From an uncultured Actinomycetes bacterium (GTDB lineage Bacteria; Actinomycetota; Acidimicrobiia; IMCC26256; PALSA-610): 64,000 nt of DNA. Positions within the stretch are counted from its first letter, which is position 1, and each line of letters starts with the position of its first letter. The translations under genes and the position numbers were made by a program. The stretch is taken from assembly GCA_963784845.1 (NCBI GenBank), contig CAWASN010000007.1, positions 532,979-596,978 on the forward strand, in the 5' to 3' direction. This document shows, in pieces, positions 17,553 to 27,894 of this stretch. Under the pieces are notes generated by a model. The model made no database searches, was not told where the DNA came from, and saw only the letters and a list, made by a program, of their open reading frames with translations.

Positions 17553-18281
17553 TCAGACGCCCGCGCGCATGCGCCAGTGCGCGTCGCGCGCGGCGCGGGC
17601 GAGGGCACCGTGGTGGTGGTGCCATTCGGTGCCGGCGACGTCGTCGACGGAGCGCCACGCGACTTCGGTTACCTCGTGGAGCTGGGGCCGGAGCCGACCT
17701 CCGGTGATCGAGCAGAGGTAGACGACCGACACCGTTCCGTGCGGGAGCTCGCCGGCGTGGGCCGGTCGGTAGAACACGCCGACGAGTCGCTCGACGCGCG
17801 CCTGCAGGCCGGCCTCTTCGGCGAGCTCCCGCACGACGGTGCGCGCGGGCGACTCGTTCGGGTCGACCCAGCCGGCGACGAGACCCCACTTCCCGTCGTC
17901 GACGCGACGTACGAGCAGGATGCGGTCGCGCTCGTCGAAGACCGCGGCGTCGGCACCGACCTTCGCCGTCACGTATCCGATGTCGGACGCGAATCGATCG
18001 TGCACGGCGGCGTGGCCGAGCGTCGTGTGTTTCACGTAACCGAGCTCGGCGGCTGTGAGCAGCTTCGTGTAACGCTCGCGATCGAAGGGGTTGTCGCTGA
18101 AGTGGAGACCGGAACGTGCAACGGCTTGCACTTCGTCGAGGAGCGCGAACACGTCGCGTCGGTTCTCGTCGTTCACGGGCCGGTTCTCGTCGTTCACGGG
18201 CCGGTTCTCGTCGTTCACGGGCCGGTTCTCGTCGTTCACGGGCCAGTTCTCGTCGTTCACGGCCCGGTTCTCGTCGTTCAC
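17553..18281 (-). CDS. NUDIX hydrolase with N-terminal heptapeptide (VNDENRP) repeat extension; true start uncertain
   Basis: Nudix box GKWGLVAGWVDPNESPARTVVRELAEEAGL. An upstream NUDIX N-terminal-type segment reads LLDEVQAVARSGLHFSDNPFDRERY. The first roughly 40 codons are the 21 bp tandem repeat, and each unit contains an in-frame GTG. Confidence 0.8.
   Translation of the reverse strand: MNDENRAVNDENWPVNDENRPVNDENRPVNDENRPVNDENRRDVFALLDEVQAVARSGLHFSDNPFDRERYTKLLTAAELGYVKHTTLGHAAVHDRFASDIGYVTAKVGADAAVFDERDRILLVRRVDDGKWGLVAGWVDPNESPARTVVRELAEEAGLQARVERLVGVFYRPAHAGELPHGTVSVVYLCSITGGRLRPQLHEVTEVAWRSVDDVAGTEWHHHHGALARAARDAHWRMRAGV
18161..18281 (-). repeat. 21 bp in-frame tandem repeat, about 5.8 copies (ggttctcgtcgttcacgggcc on plus strand)
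   Basis: Units at 18161, 18182, 18203 and 18224 are identical. The unit at 18245 is a variant (agttct...ggccc). The unit at 18266 is partial. The array encodes (VNDENRP)n. Confidence 0.9.
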
Positions 18282-18294
18282 CAGCGCCGGTCGC

Positions 18295-19215
18295 TCACGA
18301 CAACCAGTCGGCGATCACCTTCGCGAGTGCTTCGCCCCTGTCCTCTTGGAGGAAGTGGCCGCCGCCCTCGATGGTCGTGTGGGGCTGCCCGGCGCAACCC
18401 GGGACTTCACGTCGGAACGCACCGTCGCCCCCTCGGGTGATGGGGTCCTGGTCGGAGAACGCGGTGAGGAAAGGCTTCTTCCACGTTCGCAGGGTGTCCC
18501 ACGCCTTGCGGTTCGCGATCGACGCCGGATCGTCCGGAGCGGTCGGTACGAGCATCGGGAACTGGCGCGCCCCGGCTTTGTACGAGTCGTCGGGGAACGG
18601 CGCGTCGTAGGCGCCGACGACCGCAGCGTCGGGCGTGGTGTGACAGCCCGTGCTCACGATGAAGCCGACCGCGAAGTCCTCGACGGTCTGGGAGAACCGC
18701 TGCCACGCGACGAAGGCTTCCCCGGGCGGGGTGTCGCCGGTGGGCAGGAACGTGTTCGCGGTGACGACCCGTGCGAACCGGTCGGGGTGCTCGCCCACCA
18801 AGCGCAATCCGACGAGCCCGCCCCAGTCCTGGCCGACGAGCGTGACGTCGTGCAGGTCGAGCCGGTCGAACAGCGCGGCGCGCATCCACTCGACATGGCG
18901 GGCGTAGGTGTAGTCGCTTCGTTCGCTCGGCTTGTCGGATCGGCCGAAGCCGACGAGGTCCGGCGCGATGCAGCGAAGGCCCGCCGCGGTGAGCACCGGA
19001 ATCATCTTGCGATACAAGAAGCACCACGACGGTTCGCCGTGCATGAGCACCACGACCGGCCCCGTCTCCGGTCCTTCGTCCAGGTAGTGCACGCGGAGCT
19101 TCCCGCTCGTGCCGTAGCCCTCCACATCGCCCCCGGATACCTCCAGGTAATGCGGCGCAAACGGAAAGCCGGGCAGACCTGTGAACCGTTCGTCGGGCGT
19201 GCGCAATGCCGCCAT
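18295..19215 (-). CDS. haloalkane dehalogenase (alpha/beta hydrolase, DhmA/DhlA-like)
   Basis: MAALRTPDERF...VVLMHGEPSWCFLYRKMIPVL...APDLVGFGRSDKP...TLVGQDWGGLVGLRL...GGGHFLQEDRGE. Confidence 0.85.
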   Translation of the reverse strand: MAALRTPDERFTGLPGFPFAPHYLEVSGGDVEGYGTSGKLRVHYLDEGPETGPVVVLMHGEPSWCFLYRKMIPVLTAAGLRCIAPDLVGFGRSDKPSERSDYTYARHVEWMRAALFDRLDLHDVTLVGQDWGGLVGLRLVGEHPDRFARVVTANTFLPTGDTPPGEAFVAWQRFSQTVEDFAVGFIVSTGCHTTPDAAVVGAYDAPFPDDSYKAGARQFPMLVPTAPDDPASIANRKAWDTLRTWKKPFLTAFSDQDPITRGGDGAFRREVPGCAGQPHTTIEGGGHFLQEDRGEALAKVIADWLS

Positions 19216-19317
19216 CGTGCAGCTCCTGGGGATCGGCGAAGGCGAAAGCGATCGAACGTACTGCTCATCCGGATCGGCCGGCAACGCGCCCGACCGATCT
19301 CAGGCCACGAGACCGGG

Positions 19318-19962
19318 CTACGGACGCCGGTAGTCGCTCACGTAACCGGGTACGCCGACCAAGACGTCCGGGGCGGCGATCGGTACACCGTACGCCGGCG
19401 CGATGGGCAGTTCGCCTGCCCAGATGGGAAGGCCGAGATCCTCCTCGTCGTCGACGGGTCCGCCGGTTCGCACCTTCGCCGAGGCCTCGTCGATCGGCAG
19501 TCGCAGCACCGAAGTCGCGCGCAGCTCGGAGTCCGACGGTGGGCGGGCGTCGGCGCAGCGACCGGGGACGACGTGCTCGACGAGCGCGTGGAGTGCGGCG
19601 CGCTTCTCGTCGGCGTCGTCGACGAATGTCGAAATGCCGAACACCATGACCGAGCGATAGTTCATGGAATGGTGGAACTGCGACCGGGCGAGCACCAGGC
19701 CGTCGACGAGCGTGACGGTCACGCAGGTCTCGATACCTCCCGCCAACGCTCGGAGCATGTGGTTCGCGACCGCACCGTGCACGTACAGCTGGTTGTCGAT
19801 CCGTGCGTGAATGGTCGGGATCACGAAGGGCCGACCATCGATCGCGAAACCGACGTGACACGCCAGCGCTTCGTCGATCACGGCGTTGACGATGTCCCGC
19901 TCGTAGCGCGCTCGCGCGGGCAGTCTGCGCACCTTGGTGCGGTCGGTCGGGGTGATCTGCAT
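19318..19962 (-). CDS. pyridoxamine 5'-phosphate oxidase family (flavin-binding split-barrel) protein
   Basis: 214 aa intact ORF: RARYERDIVNAVIDEALACHVGFAIDGRPFVIPTIHARIDNQLYVHG...RSVMVFG, typical of the NimA/PNPOx-like fold. Confidence 0.7.
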   Translation of the reverse strand: MQITPTDRTKVRRLPARARYERDIVNAVIDEALACHVGFAIDGRPFVIPTIHARIDNQLYVHGAVANHMLRALAGGIETCVTVTLVDGLVLARSQFHHSMNYRSVMVFGISTFVDDADEKRAALHALVEHVVPGRCADARPPSDSELRATSVLRLPIDEASAKVRTGGPVDDEEDLGLPIWAGELPIAPAYGVPIAAPDVLVGVPGYVSDYRRP

Positions 19963-20030
19963 GCCGGAACCGTAGATGCGCCCGAGGGCCCGGCGAGCGC
20001 ATTTTCGTCGGACTGTGCGAGAGTGGCGCG

Positions 20031-21219
20031 ATGGCTGTCGATCGCGTACGGATGGGAATCGTGGGCACGGGCAACATCGCCACGCTCAATGTGCCCGGCT
20101 ACCTGGAACACGAGCACTGCGACGTCGTGGCGGTGTGCGATCCCCGCCCCGAGGTGCTCGAGCGGCGGATGTCGGAGTGGGGAGTCGAGCGCGGGTACCT
20201 CGAGCTCGAGGAGCTGCTGACCGACGACGACATCGACGCCGTCGAGATTTTGAGCCCGACGCCGTTGCATGCCGAGCACACCATCGCCGCGCTGCGTGCG
20301 GGCAAGCACGTGTCGTGCCAGAAACCGATCGCGAACGACGTCGGCGACGCCCGGCGGATGATGGATGCGGCACGGGAGTCGGGTCGGGTCTTCCGTGTCA
20401 CGGAGAACTGCTGTCACTACCCGCCGCTGCGCAAGGCGCGCGATCTCGTCCGCGACGGGGCGATCGGCATACCGACGGTCGTCCGTATCAAGACGGTCGT
20501 CGGACGCACCGAGTCGCGCTTCCAGGCCGCTCTCGACCCGCACGGGTACACGTGGCGCTTCAACTCGGAGAGTCCCGGCGGCCACCTCTTCGACGACGTG
20601 ATGCACAAGTACGCGATGGCGCTGTGGCTGGTCGACACCGACATCCACAGCGTGCAGTCCGTTGTCCGCCAGGGACCGCTGTTCTTCGAGGCACCCACGG
20701 TCGCACTGTTCGAATACGACCGCGACGACCTGCTCGGCATGATGGAGGTGTCGTACGCCCCCGACATGTTCATTCGCAGCGACTACTACGGCGCCGACGA
20801 GTTCTTCGAGATCCAGGGCACGCGCGGGTTCATATGGGTGACGCGCCTGTGCGGCAACCTGCATCTGAGCCTTCCGCCCGTCGTCTTGTACGAGGAGGAC
20901 GGGCGCCAGACGTCCTTCGCCGAGCTCGACGGGTCGTACGACGGCTCGTTTCGACGATCCGCGACGGCGTTCGTCGACAGCCTGCTCGCCGGTGAGGCCC
21001 CCGATCTCGATCCCGCCCTCGCGGACGCGGGCTCTGCAGCTGTGCTTCGCGGTGTACCAGGCGTCGAACGAACGCCGACCCGTCGAGCTGTCGAGCATCG
21101 ACGGTCGGGTCAGCCCGAACGGTTGGCCGCCCACGGAGGCGAAGCTGCACGACGATGTCGAGGAGATGTTTCGCCGTGAAGCCGCTCGGGCGGAGCGTCT
21201 TGGTCCCGGACATCCCTAG
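20031..21219 (+). pseudogene. Gfo/Idh/MocA family oxidoreductase; frameshift near 21010
   Basis: Rossmann N-terminus VRMGIVGTGNIATLNVPGYL, AVEILSPTPLHAEHTIAALRAGKHVSCQKP. The C-terminus continues in ORF 20992..21219 (ALQLCFAVYQASNERRPVELSSI). Confidence 0.8.
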
Positions 21220-21322
21220 GGCTTCGCCAACATAGAATTCCGGGATCGACAGTCTGGGACACTCCCGTGGTCGCGCCCTGGCGTTCGCACTCGCGGCGAA
21301 CGCCCTCTTCCTTGGCGTCGAA

Positions 21323-22165
21323 GTGGCGGGCGGGTTCGTGTTCGGGTCGCTCGCGCTCCTCGCCGATGCCGCGCATATGGCGACCGACGTCGTCGTGCTC
21401 GGTGCCGCGTACGCGGCGCTTCGCATCACCCACCGGCCGCCGACAGAACGCCACACGTTCGGTTTCGGGCGCACCGAAGTGCTCGTCGCGCAGGGCAACG
21501 GCCTGTTGCTGTTCGCGGGGGCGGTCGTCGTCATGGTCGAAGCCGTCCGCCGGTTCGGTTCGCCTCACGAGTTGAGTGCGTCGGGCGTCCTCGTCGTCGG
21601 GACGATCGGCCTGATCGTCAACATCGCGAGCGCCTCGGTCCTGTTCCGTCACGCGCACGCCAACATGAACCTGCGGGGCGCGTTCTGGCACCTGTTTGCT
21701 GACGCGCTCGGCTCGCTCGGCGTGATCGTTGCGGCGGCGGGCGTCGCGATCTTCGGGACCGATTGGCTCGATCCCGCCGCGTCGATCGTCATCTCCTTGC
21801 TCGTGATCGGCGCCGCCTGGCGGCTGCTGCGGGACGCCAATCGCGTGTTGCTCGAGTCCGTGCCTGCGAATCTCGACGTCGGCGAGGTCCGCGAGGCGCT
21901 GTCGTCGGGGCCGGGTGTCGAGGCCGTGCACCATCTCCATCTCTGGACCACCGGCAGCGAGCAGGCGGCCCTGTCGGCGCACGTCGTACTCGGCGGACCC
22001 CTCAGCCTGCACGACGCGCAACTCCGCGCCGGCGATCTCAAGGCGATGCTGCGATCGCGGTTCGGGATCCAGCATTCGACAATCGAGGTCGAGTGCCATG
22101 CGTGCCTCGATGAAGCCCACGAGCACGCCGAAGCTGTCCCGGCGCATTCGACGCACGAGCACTAG
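21323..22165 (+). CDS. cation diffusion facilitator family transporter (CzcD-like); N-terminus probably extends upstream to about 21254
   Basis: GSLALLADAAHMATD, HTFGFGRTEVL, AFWHLFADALGSLGVIV, HHLHLWT, and a His-rich tail. In-frame upstream codons read GHSRGRALAFALAANALFLGVEV but contain no ATG or GTG after the stop at 21233. Confidence 0.85.
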   Translation: MAGGFVFGSLALLADAAHMATDVVVLGAAYAALRITHRPPTERHTFGFGRTEVLVAQGNGLLLFAGAVVVMVEAVRRFGSPHELSASGVLVVGTIGLIVNIASASVLFRHAHANMNLRGAFWHLFADALGSLGVIVAAAGVAIFGTDWLDPAASIVISLLVIGAAWRLLRDANRVLLESVPANLDVGEVREALSSGPGVEAVHHLHLWTTGSEQAALSAHVVLGGPLSLHDAQLRAGDLKAMLRSRFGIQHSTIEVECHACLDEAHEHAEAVPAHSTHEH

Positions 22166-22180
22166 CAGTGCGGACCCGGA

Positions 22181-22940
22181 TCAGGCGTCGAGGGTCTCGA
22201 GCCGTTCGCGCAGTTGGATCAGCGTGCGCGCCAACAGCCGCGACACGTGCATCTGACTGATACCGACCTGTTCGGCGATCTCGGTCTGGGTCTTGTCGTG
22301 GAAGAAGCGAAGCTCGACGATCAGGCGTTCGCGTTCGGACAGATCGGACAGGACCGCGTCGAGCAGCACACGATGCTCGGCGATGTCGAATCCCGCGTCC
22401 TCGGTACCGAGGCGGCGTTCGATCGCCGTCGGTTCCGATCCTTCGCCCGGGCGCGTGTCGAGAGACGAAGAGCGGTACGCGCCACCGACCTCCATCGCTT
22501 CGAGGACCTCCTCCTCCGACACGCCCAGCTCCGCCGCGACTTCGGGGACCCGCGGTGCCCGCGCGAGACGTTGTGAGAGTTCGTTGATCACATTGCCGAG
22601 CCGCAGGTGCAACTCCTGTGGTCGGCGGGGGACGCGGTACCGACCAGGTCTTGTCCCGGAAGTGCCGCTTCAATTCGCCTTCGACCGTGACCGTCGCGTA
22701 GGTCGAGAACTCCAGGTTGCGCGCGGGATCGAAGCGTTCGACCGCCTTCAGCATGCCCAGGTACGCAACCTGCAACAGGTCGTCGAAGGGCTCGCCCCGG
22801 TTCGCGTACCGGCGTGCCAGATGTGACGCCAGGGATTTGTGGGCTTCGATCAGCTCGTTGCGCAGCTTGCGATCGCGGGTCTTGGCGAACTCGGCGAACT
22901 TCGCCCGCGACTCAGCGCGCTCGCGCGCGGAGAGCGCCAT
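22181..22940 (-). pseudogene. SigB/SigF-family RNA polymerase sigma factor; single frameshift near 22636
   Basis: Region 2: FDDLLQVAYLGMLKAVERFDPARNLEFSTYATVTVEGELKRHFRDKTWSV. After one extra base the reading continues RVPRRPQELHLRLGNVINEL. Region 4: ERERLIVELRFFHDKTQTEIAEQVGISQMHVSRLL. Confidence 0.85.
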
Positions 22941-22941
22941 C

Positions 22942-23328
22942 TCAGGAAGGTGGCCGGTGGGTCACGCACGAGAAGCAGACGTGTCCGGCGTCGACCCCCA
23001 GCGAGTAGTCGTCGATCACGGCTTTCAAGATCTGCGCGGTCAGGGATTCGACCGTCACCTCGACGCCGTCCGCGATCGGGGCGCGGCCTTCGACGCGCAA
23101 CTCCGTCTCCGTCGTGAAGAAGGTGATCTCCAGCTCGCCTCCCGACGCCACGTCGATGGCCATGCTCGCGAGCTCGTCGAGCGCGACCCGGAAGTTCTCG
23201 ATCTCTTCCACGTCGAAGCCCAGGCGGCTGGCGATGCCGGAGCCCGTGAGCCGCACGATGCGTACGTACTCGAGCGACGCCGGAACGCTGAGCTTGACGG
23301 CTTCTTCGAACGAGGTCGTCGCGTCCAT
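22942..23328 (-). CDS. anti-sigma factor, RsbW/UsfX-like fold with degenerate ATP-binding motifs
   Basis: 128 aa located between the STAS gene and the sigma gene, one base from the sigma start. It reads SVPASLEYVRIVRLTGSGIASRLGF..ALDELASMAIDV. I see no N-box Asn/His and no DxGxG. Confidence 0.6.
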   Translation of the reverse strand: MDATTSFEEAVKLSVPASLEYVRIVRLTGSGIASRLGFDVEEIENFRVALDELASMAIDVASGGELEITFFTTETELRVEGRAPIADGVEVTVESLTAQILKAVIDDYSLGVDAGHVCFSCVTHRPPS

Positions 23329-23331
23329 GGC

Positions 23332-23700
23332 CTAGGACTCCACGGCGAACTGGTCGGTGAGGCCGGCAATGGCGAGCAGGCGCGCGACCGAGTTGCTCGG
23401 CGCGCACAACGACAGGCGGGCACCCCGATCGGCGACGAAGCGCTGGGCGAAGAGCAGCGCACGGAGCCCGAACGAGTCGAGGAACGTCGTCTCCGAGAGG
23501 TCGAGCACGACGTCGGAGACACCGCGGTCGGTGATCCGGGAGATCTCTGCATCGAGCCTCGGTGTCGAGTAGGCGTCGAGCTCGCCGGCGACCGCGATGA
23601 TCGCCCGAGCTCCGCTGCGGGTCGTCGACACGTCGAGATCCGGTTGGAGATCCGGTTGGAGATCCGGTTGGAGATCCGGTTGGACCGCCTGCTCGTCCAC
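23332..23700 (-). CDS. STAS-domain anti-sigma factor antagonist (RsbV/SpoIIAA-like) with N-terminal (QPDL)4 repeat
   Basis: GTG 23700 is preceded by GAAGGA. Motifs are AIIAVAGELDAYSTPRL and VVLDLSETTFLDSFGLRALL (conserved phosphorylatable Ser context DSFG). Confidence 0.8.
   Translation of the reverse strand: MDEQAVQPDLQPDLQPDLQPDLDVSTTRSGARAIIAVAGELDAYSTPRLDAEISRITDRGVSDVVLDLSETTFLDSFGLRALLFAQRFVADRGARLSLCAPSNSVARLLAIAGLTDQFAVES
23637..23684 (-). repeat. 12 bp in-frame tandem repeat x4 (gatccggttgga)
   Basis: Four perfect copies at 23637, 23649, 23661 and 23673. They encode QPDLQPDLQPDLQPDL at the STAS protein N-terminus. Confidence 0.9.
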
Positions 23701-23839
23701 GTTCTGTCCTTCGATTGCCGTCCTTCGATTGCGGTATCGCAACCGACCCGTCGATCGGGCCCGTTTTCGCAACGTACCGCAACGAGGCCGAGGTCAAACC
23801 CGGCGTCCGGGGCCGTCCGGGACAGCGTCGCGCGTGGGA

Positions 23840-24367
23840 TCACGCGTCGCGGGTGGCGGCCACTGCCTCCTTGACGGCGTCCCGTGCCGTGACGGCCGAC
23901 GCGGACGCCGTGGCGGCCGCGCGGGTGAGCGACGATTTCGCCTGCTTGCGGGCGCGGCGACCGGCCTTGCGGCCACGCTTCCCCGCGCCGGCAGTTGCGC
24001 GACGCGCCGACTCGATCCCCGTCCGAGCGCTCTCGACCCCACCGCGCACGATGGGCTCGACGCCTGCGCGCAGCTCTCCGATGGTCTCGGCATTGCGCTT
24101 GTGGCGTTTCGTCTTCTTCGCCTTTTCCGCCTTCTTCGTGCGCTCCATCTGCCAGGCCGCGAGCGCGGCCGCGGCCGTCGCCTGCTTCACCCGCTTCTCG
24201 GCCATCGCGACCCGGTGCTCGGCGTTCAGCCGGGCGGCGTGCTCGGCTTCGAGGGAAGCCTCGGCCTGGCGCTGCGATTGCTCGGCTCGACGGAGCTTCT
24301 CCTTCTTGCTCCGCCACGACACTCGTCCGAGCGTTCCGATCGACAATGTCTTGCGAACCATTCCCAT
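23840..24367 (-). CDS. hypothetical Lys/Arg/Ala-rich coiled-coil protein
   Basis: 175 aa ORF from ATG 24367: KKEKLRRAEQSQRQAEASLEAEHAARLNAEHRVAMAEKRVKQ. No domain recognised. Confidence 0.45.
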   Translation of the reverse strand: MGMVRKTLSIGTLGRVSWRSKKEKLRRAEQSQRQAEASLEAEHAARLNAEHRVAMAEKRVKQATAAAALAAWQMERTKKAEKAKKTKRHKRNAETIGELRAGVEPIVRGGVESARTGIESARRATAGAGKRGRKAGRRARKQAKSSLTRAAATASASAVTARDAVKEAVAATRDA

Positions 24368-24773
24368 GTCAGTCCTTCCCTGTCTCTCGCGTCTGCTCCA
24401 TACCCACGCCGGCGCTCACGACTCGCCGATCGGGACAATTCCCCCGACGCGTCCCCCGACGCGGTGACGACTTCGAACGAGCGGTAGCTCACCCATTCGA
24501 GTGAGGTTAGGACACCACTACCAGCAGTTTTGCGGAGAGATTCCTCCGGAGACCTCCGCGACTACGTCCGCGCGGTCTCCGGTTCCGAGACCTCGTCGGA
24601 CGGGCGTTCTCGCATTGGCGTGGAGCGTCGGGCCATGATGACCTTCTTCGCATCCGGTCCAGCCCCCGAGATACCCGACCGGCCCGCCTGTCGGAACCAC
24701 GCGTCGCGGTTCGAGCAGTCGTGCAGCGGGTACCTGACCTATACCTCGAAATTTCGATTCGGAGGTAAGTCGC

Positions 24774-27363
24774 ATGTTCGTCGCCGTGTTCTCGCTTGCA
24801 GTGTTGTTGCTCACGTTGACCCTGATCGCACGCAAGAACCGGCCCGGCGCGCGCGCTTCGCACGAAGCCGACAACGTCGTGTCTCTCGACGCGTATCGCT
24901 CGGCGCGGCTCGACGGTCGGGCCGCGTCCCGTGTCCTCGGTCCCGTACCCGCTGTCGGCCACTGCGGGCGCGCTCTCGACGCCCTCGTCCGGCGGCCTGC
25001 GCACGTGCCGTCAACCCGACGGTCGATTCGGCCCACCGTCGGGTCGCACCGAGCTCGGCTGACCGAACCGCTCGCGACCGGGCGAGACCCCGCGGTGTCC
25101 GCCGCGGCGGACGCATGGTTTACTGACAGCATGCCGGCGTTGGAGCGTGCGCCGCGAGGACGGCTGATCGATCTCGGACCCGAGATCCTCGACCGCGTCG
25201 ACGCCGCAATCCTGGTCGTCGACCTCGAGGGTGTCGTCTCGTACGCCAATCCATATTGCGGGCACCTCTACGGTCGCACGCCGGAAGAACTGGTCGGCGA
25301 CGACTCGTCGCGCTTGATGATCGAGCCGCTGCAACCCGAGCTCAGGTCGCGCATCGGCGCCGACATCATGAACGGCCGCAGTTGGGAAGGCGACTTCGCG
25401 GTGCTCCGGCCGGACGACAGCATCGTCGAGGTGCACGCGGTCAGCTCGCCGGTCTTCGACGATATGGGCGCCGTGACGGGAGTGATCAGCGTCGCGTTCG
25501 ACGTGACTGCCGAACGGGCGAACCACCAACAGCTCCGCCAGATGCTGGCGCTCGCGCAGATTCTGCGTGACGTAGGTCGGACGCTCGTGTCGGAGCTCGA
25601 CACCGACAGCGTCATGCAGACCGTCACCGACGCGGCGCGGCGGCTCTGTGGAGCGAGGGACGGTGTGTTCTTGCAGGTGGCCGACGACGACGAAGGCGAG
25701 GTCGCCGTCGCCGCCGTGTCCGGCCGCACCGCGAAGACCTGCGTCGGGCACGTCGTCCCGACGAGCGCGGTCGCGGTGCACCGCGCGCTCGTCGAGACGA
25801 AGCCGACGAACTTCGGTGATCTCGCCGACGAGGAGCACCGCGCCGGCATGCTCGACGACGTCGTGGGACCCGGTCCCCGGGAGTTCCGCAGTTGTGTCAT
25901 CGCGCCCGTTCGCTCACGGTCGGGCGCGTTGATCGGCGGCATGCTGTTCGCCGACGAGGAGCCCGATCGTTTCTCGGTCGTCGACATGCAGATGGTCGGG
26001 GACATCGCGGGCCAGGCCGGCATCGTGCTCGATATCGCGGCGTCTTTCGCGTGGCGGAGCGCGAGATCGCGACGCGTCCGCCGGGCCGAGGAGGACCAGC
26101 GGTTCTTGGCGGAGACGAGCGCGTTGCTCTCGTGGTCGCTCGACTATCCCGAGAGTTACCAGCGACTCGCTCAGTTGTGTGTCCCGTTCCTCGCCGACCT
26201 CTGCCTGATCGACGTGGCAGCCGACGACGGCATCCGTCGGCGTGCGGCGGTGCACGCCGATCCCGAGCAGGCGCCGCTCGTCGAGCTGCTGGAGACCCGT
26301 TTCCCACCCGATCCCTTCGGTGCGCACCCTGCGGCCAGTGTCGTACGTGGTGGCCGATCCGGAGATGGCCGCGGACGTCGACGACGAGTTCCTCCGCGCC
26401 ACCACACGCTCCGAGGAGCACTACCGCGTCGTCAAGGCGCTCGGCTTCGCGTCGTACATGTGCGTACCGCTGACCCGCGGGGCCGGAATCTCGGCGCGCT
26501 CACGCTCGTGTCGGCCGGGTCGGGCCGCCGATTCGGAGCCGAGGATCTCCTACTCGCCGAGGAGCTCGCGCGCCGGGCCGGACTCGCGCTCGACAACGCG
26601 CGGTTGTTCGCCGAGCGCGACCACGTTGCCCGGGCGCTGCAATCGAGTCTGCTCCCTCCGACCCTGCCCTCGATTCCCCGCGTCGAGCTTGCGGCGCGCT
26701 ACCGGGCCGCGGGCGGGGGTAACGAGGTCGGGGGTGACTTCTACGACGTCTTCCAGGTCGGTCGGAGCGCGTGGACGTTGGTGCTCGGCGACGTGAGCGG
26801 CAAAGGTCCCGAAGCCGCCGCGATTGCCGGGCTCGCGCGCCACACGCTGCGAGCGGTCGCGATGCGCCAACGTGCGCCACGACGATTGTTGGCTGCACTC
26901 CACGACACCCTCGCGCACGGTGAAGGGCACGGTGAGTTCTGCACGGTCTGCTGCGCGCTCTTGCAACCGAGTCAATCGGCTCCGGGGAGTGCCCGGCTGA
27001 CGATCGCGTCCGCGGGCCATCCACCGCCGGTGATACGGCGCGGCGAACGGCACGGTCGAGCTGGCCGAGTGCGCCGGGCCCCTCCTCGGGCTCCCCATGC
27101 ACGCGATGACGTTCCGCCAGCACGTGGTCGACCTCGACGTCGGCGACACGGTCGTCATGTACACCGACGGTGTCACCGAGGCCCACCACCACGGCCAGGA
27201 GCTGTTCGGCGAGGATCGACTGTTGGAGACCGTGCGCACGGCGGGGCCCGACGCCGACGGCGTCGCCGACGCCGTCGTCGGTGCGGTCTCCGACTACGGG
27301 CCGGACGATCCGCGCGACGACGTCGCCGTGATCGTGCTCCGGATGGACGGGGAAGAGCAGTGA
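24774..27363 (+). pseudogene. PAS-GAF-GAF-PP2C (SpoIIE/RsbU-type) serine phosphatase, possibly membrane-anchored; at least 3 frame disruptions (about 26340-26500 and 27040-27100)
   Basis: GGAGG lies 8 nt before ATG 24774, followed by a TM helix (FVAVFSLAVLLLTLTLIA). An alternative start is ATG 25131. PAS: ILVVDLEGVVSYANPYCGHLYGRTPEELVG. GAF segments are present. PP2C: GGDFYDVF, LVLGDVSGKGPEAAAIAG, and MYTDGVTEA in ORF 27097..27363. Confidence 0.8.
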
Positions 27364-27686
27364 ACGGTTGGGAAGCGGTGTTCGAGCGCGCCGACGACGA
27401 CGGCGGGCCCGTCCTCGTCGTCGGGGGCGAGATCGACCTGTCGGTGGCCGTGCGCTTCGCGCAGGCCCTGGAAGATCTCATCGGCGAAGCGGCGTCGACG
27501 GCAGTCGTCGATCTGTCGGGAGTCGGGTTCATCGACTCCGCGGGGGTGCGCGAGTTGCTCAAGGCTCGTCGGAGTGCCCACGATCGTGGCGCCGACCTCG
27601 TGTTGCGGGCGCCGTCGGAGGTATGCCGACGCGTACTGGAGCTGAGCGGGGTGTGGGTGGAGTTCACCGTCGCCGACCACACCTGA
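27360..27686 (+). CDS. STAS-domain anti-sigma factor antagonist
   Basis: GTG 27360 overlaps the phosphatase stop (GTGA). Motifs are VLVVGGEIDLSVAVRF and VVDLSGVGFIDSAGVRELL. Confidence 0.8.
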   Translation: MNGWEAVFERADDDGGPVLVVGGEIDLSVAVRFAQALEDLIGEAASTAVVDLSGVGFIDSAGVRELLKARRSAHDRGADLVLRAPSEVCRRVLELSGVWVEFTVADHT

Positions 27687-27894
27687 CGGCGCCCGGCTCG
27701 TTTCTCCTGCCGACCCGCCCTTCGCCCGATGCCCGAATCGCGTCAGACAATCCGGTCACGATCGTCCGGTTCCCGGGCGTCACTCGGTTGTTCTTGCTGC
27801 ACCACGGGTATCCCTGCACGCGTCCCCGACGTCATCGCCGGGCCGTCGCGGTCGATAGGGAAGAGTCGACGGGGAAGAGGAGAGAAGCCCGCCC

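Noticed and set aside
18161-18281. A CRISPR array. The 12 bp array at 23637 and the 6 bp array at 36028 were considered in the same way.
   Set aside because: The repeats are directly tandem with no spacers. The units are 6-21 bp, two of the arrays are in frame inside coding sequence, and no cas genes are present.
24774-27686. A single 970 aa ORF that looks like a PP2C-STAS fusion protein.
   Set aside because: The true PP2C C-terminus (MYTDGVTEA...MDGEEQ*) lies in another frame and ends at 27363. The STAS gene starts at GTG 27360 with a GTGA overlap. The apparent fusion results from frameshifts plus the lack of stop codons in high-GC sequence.
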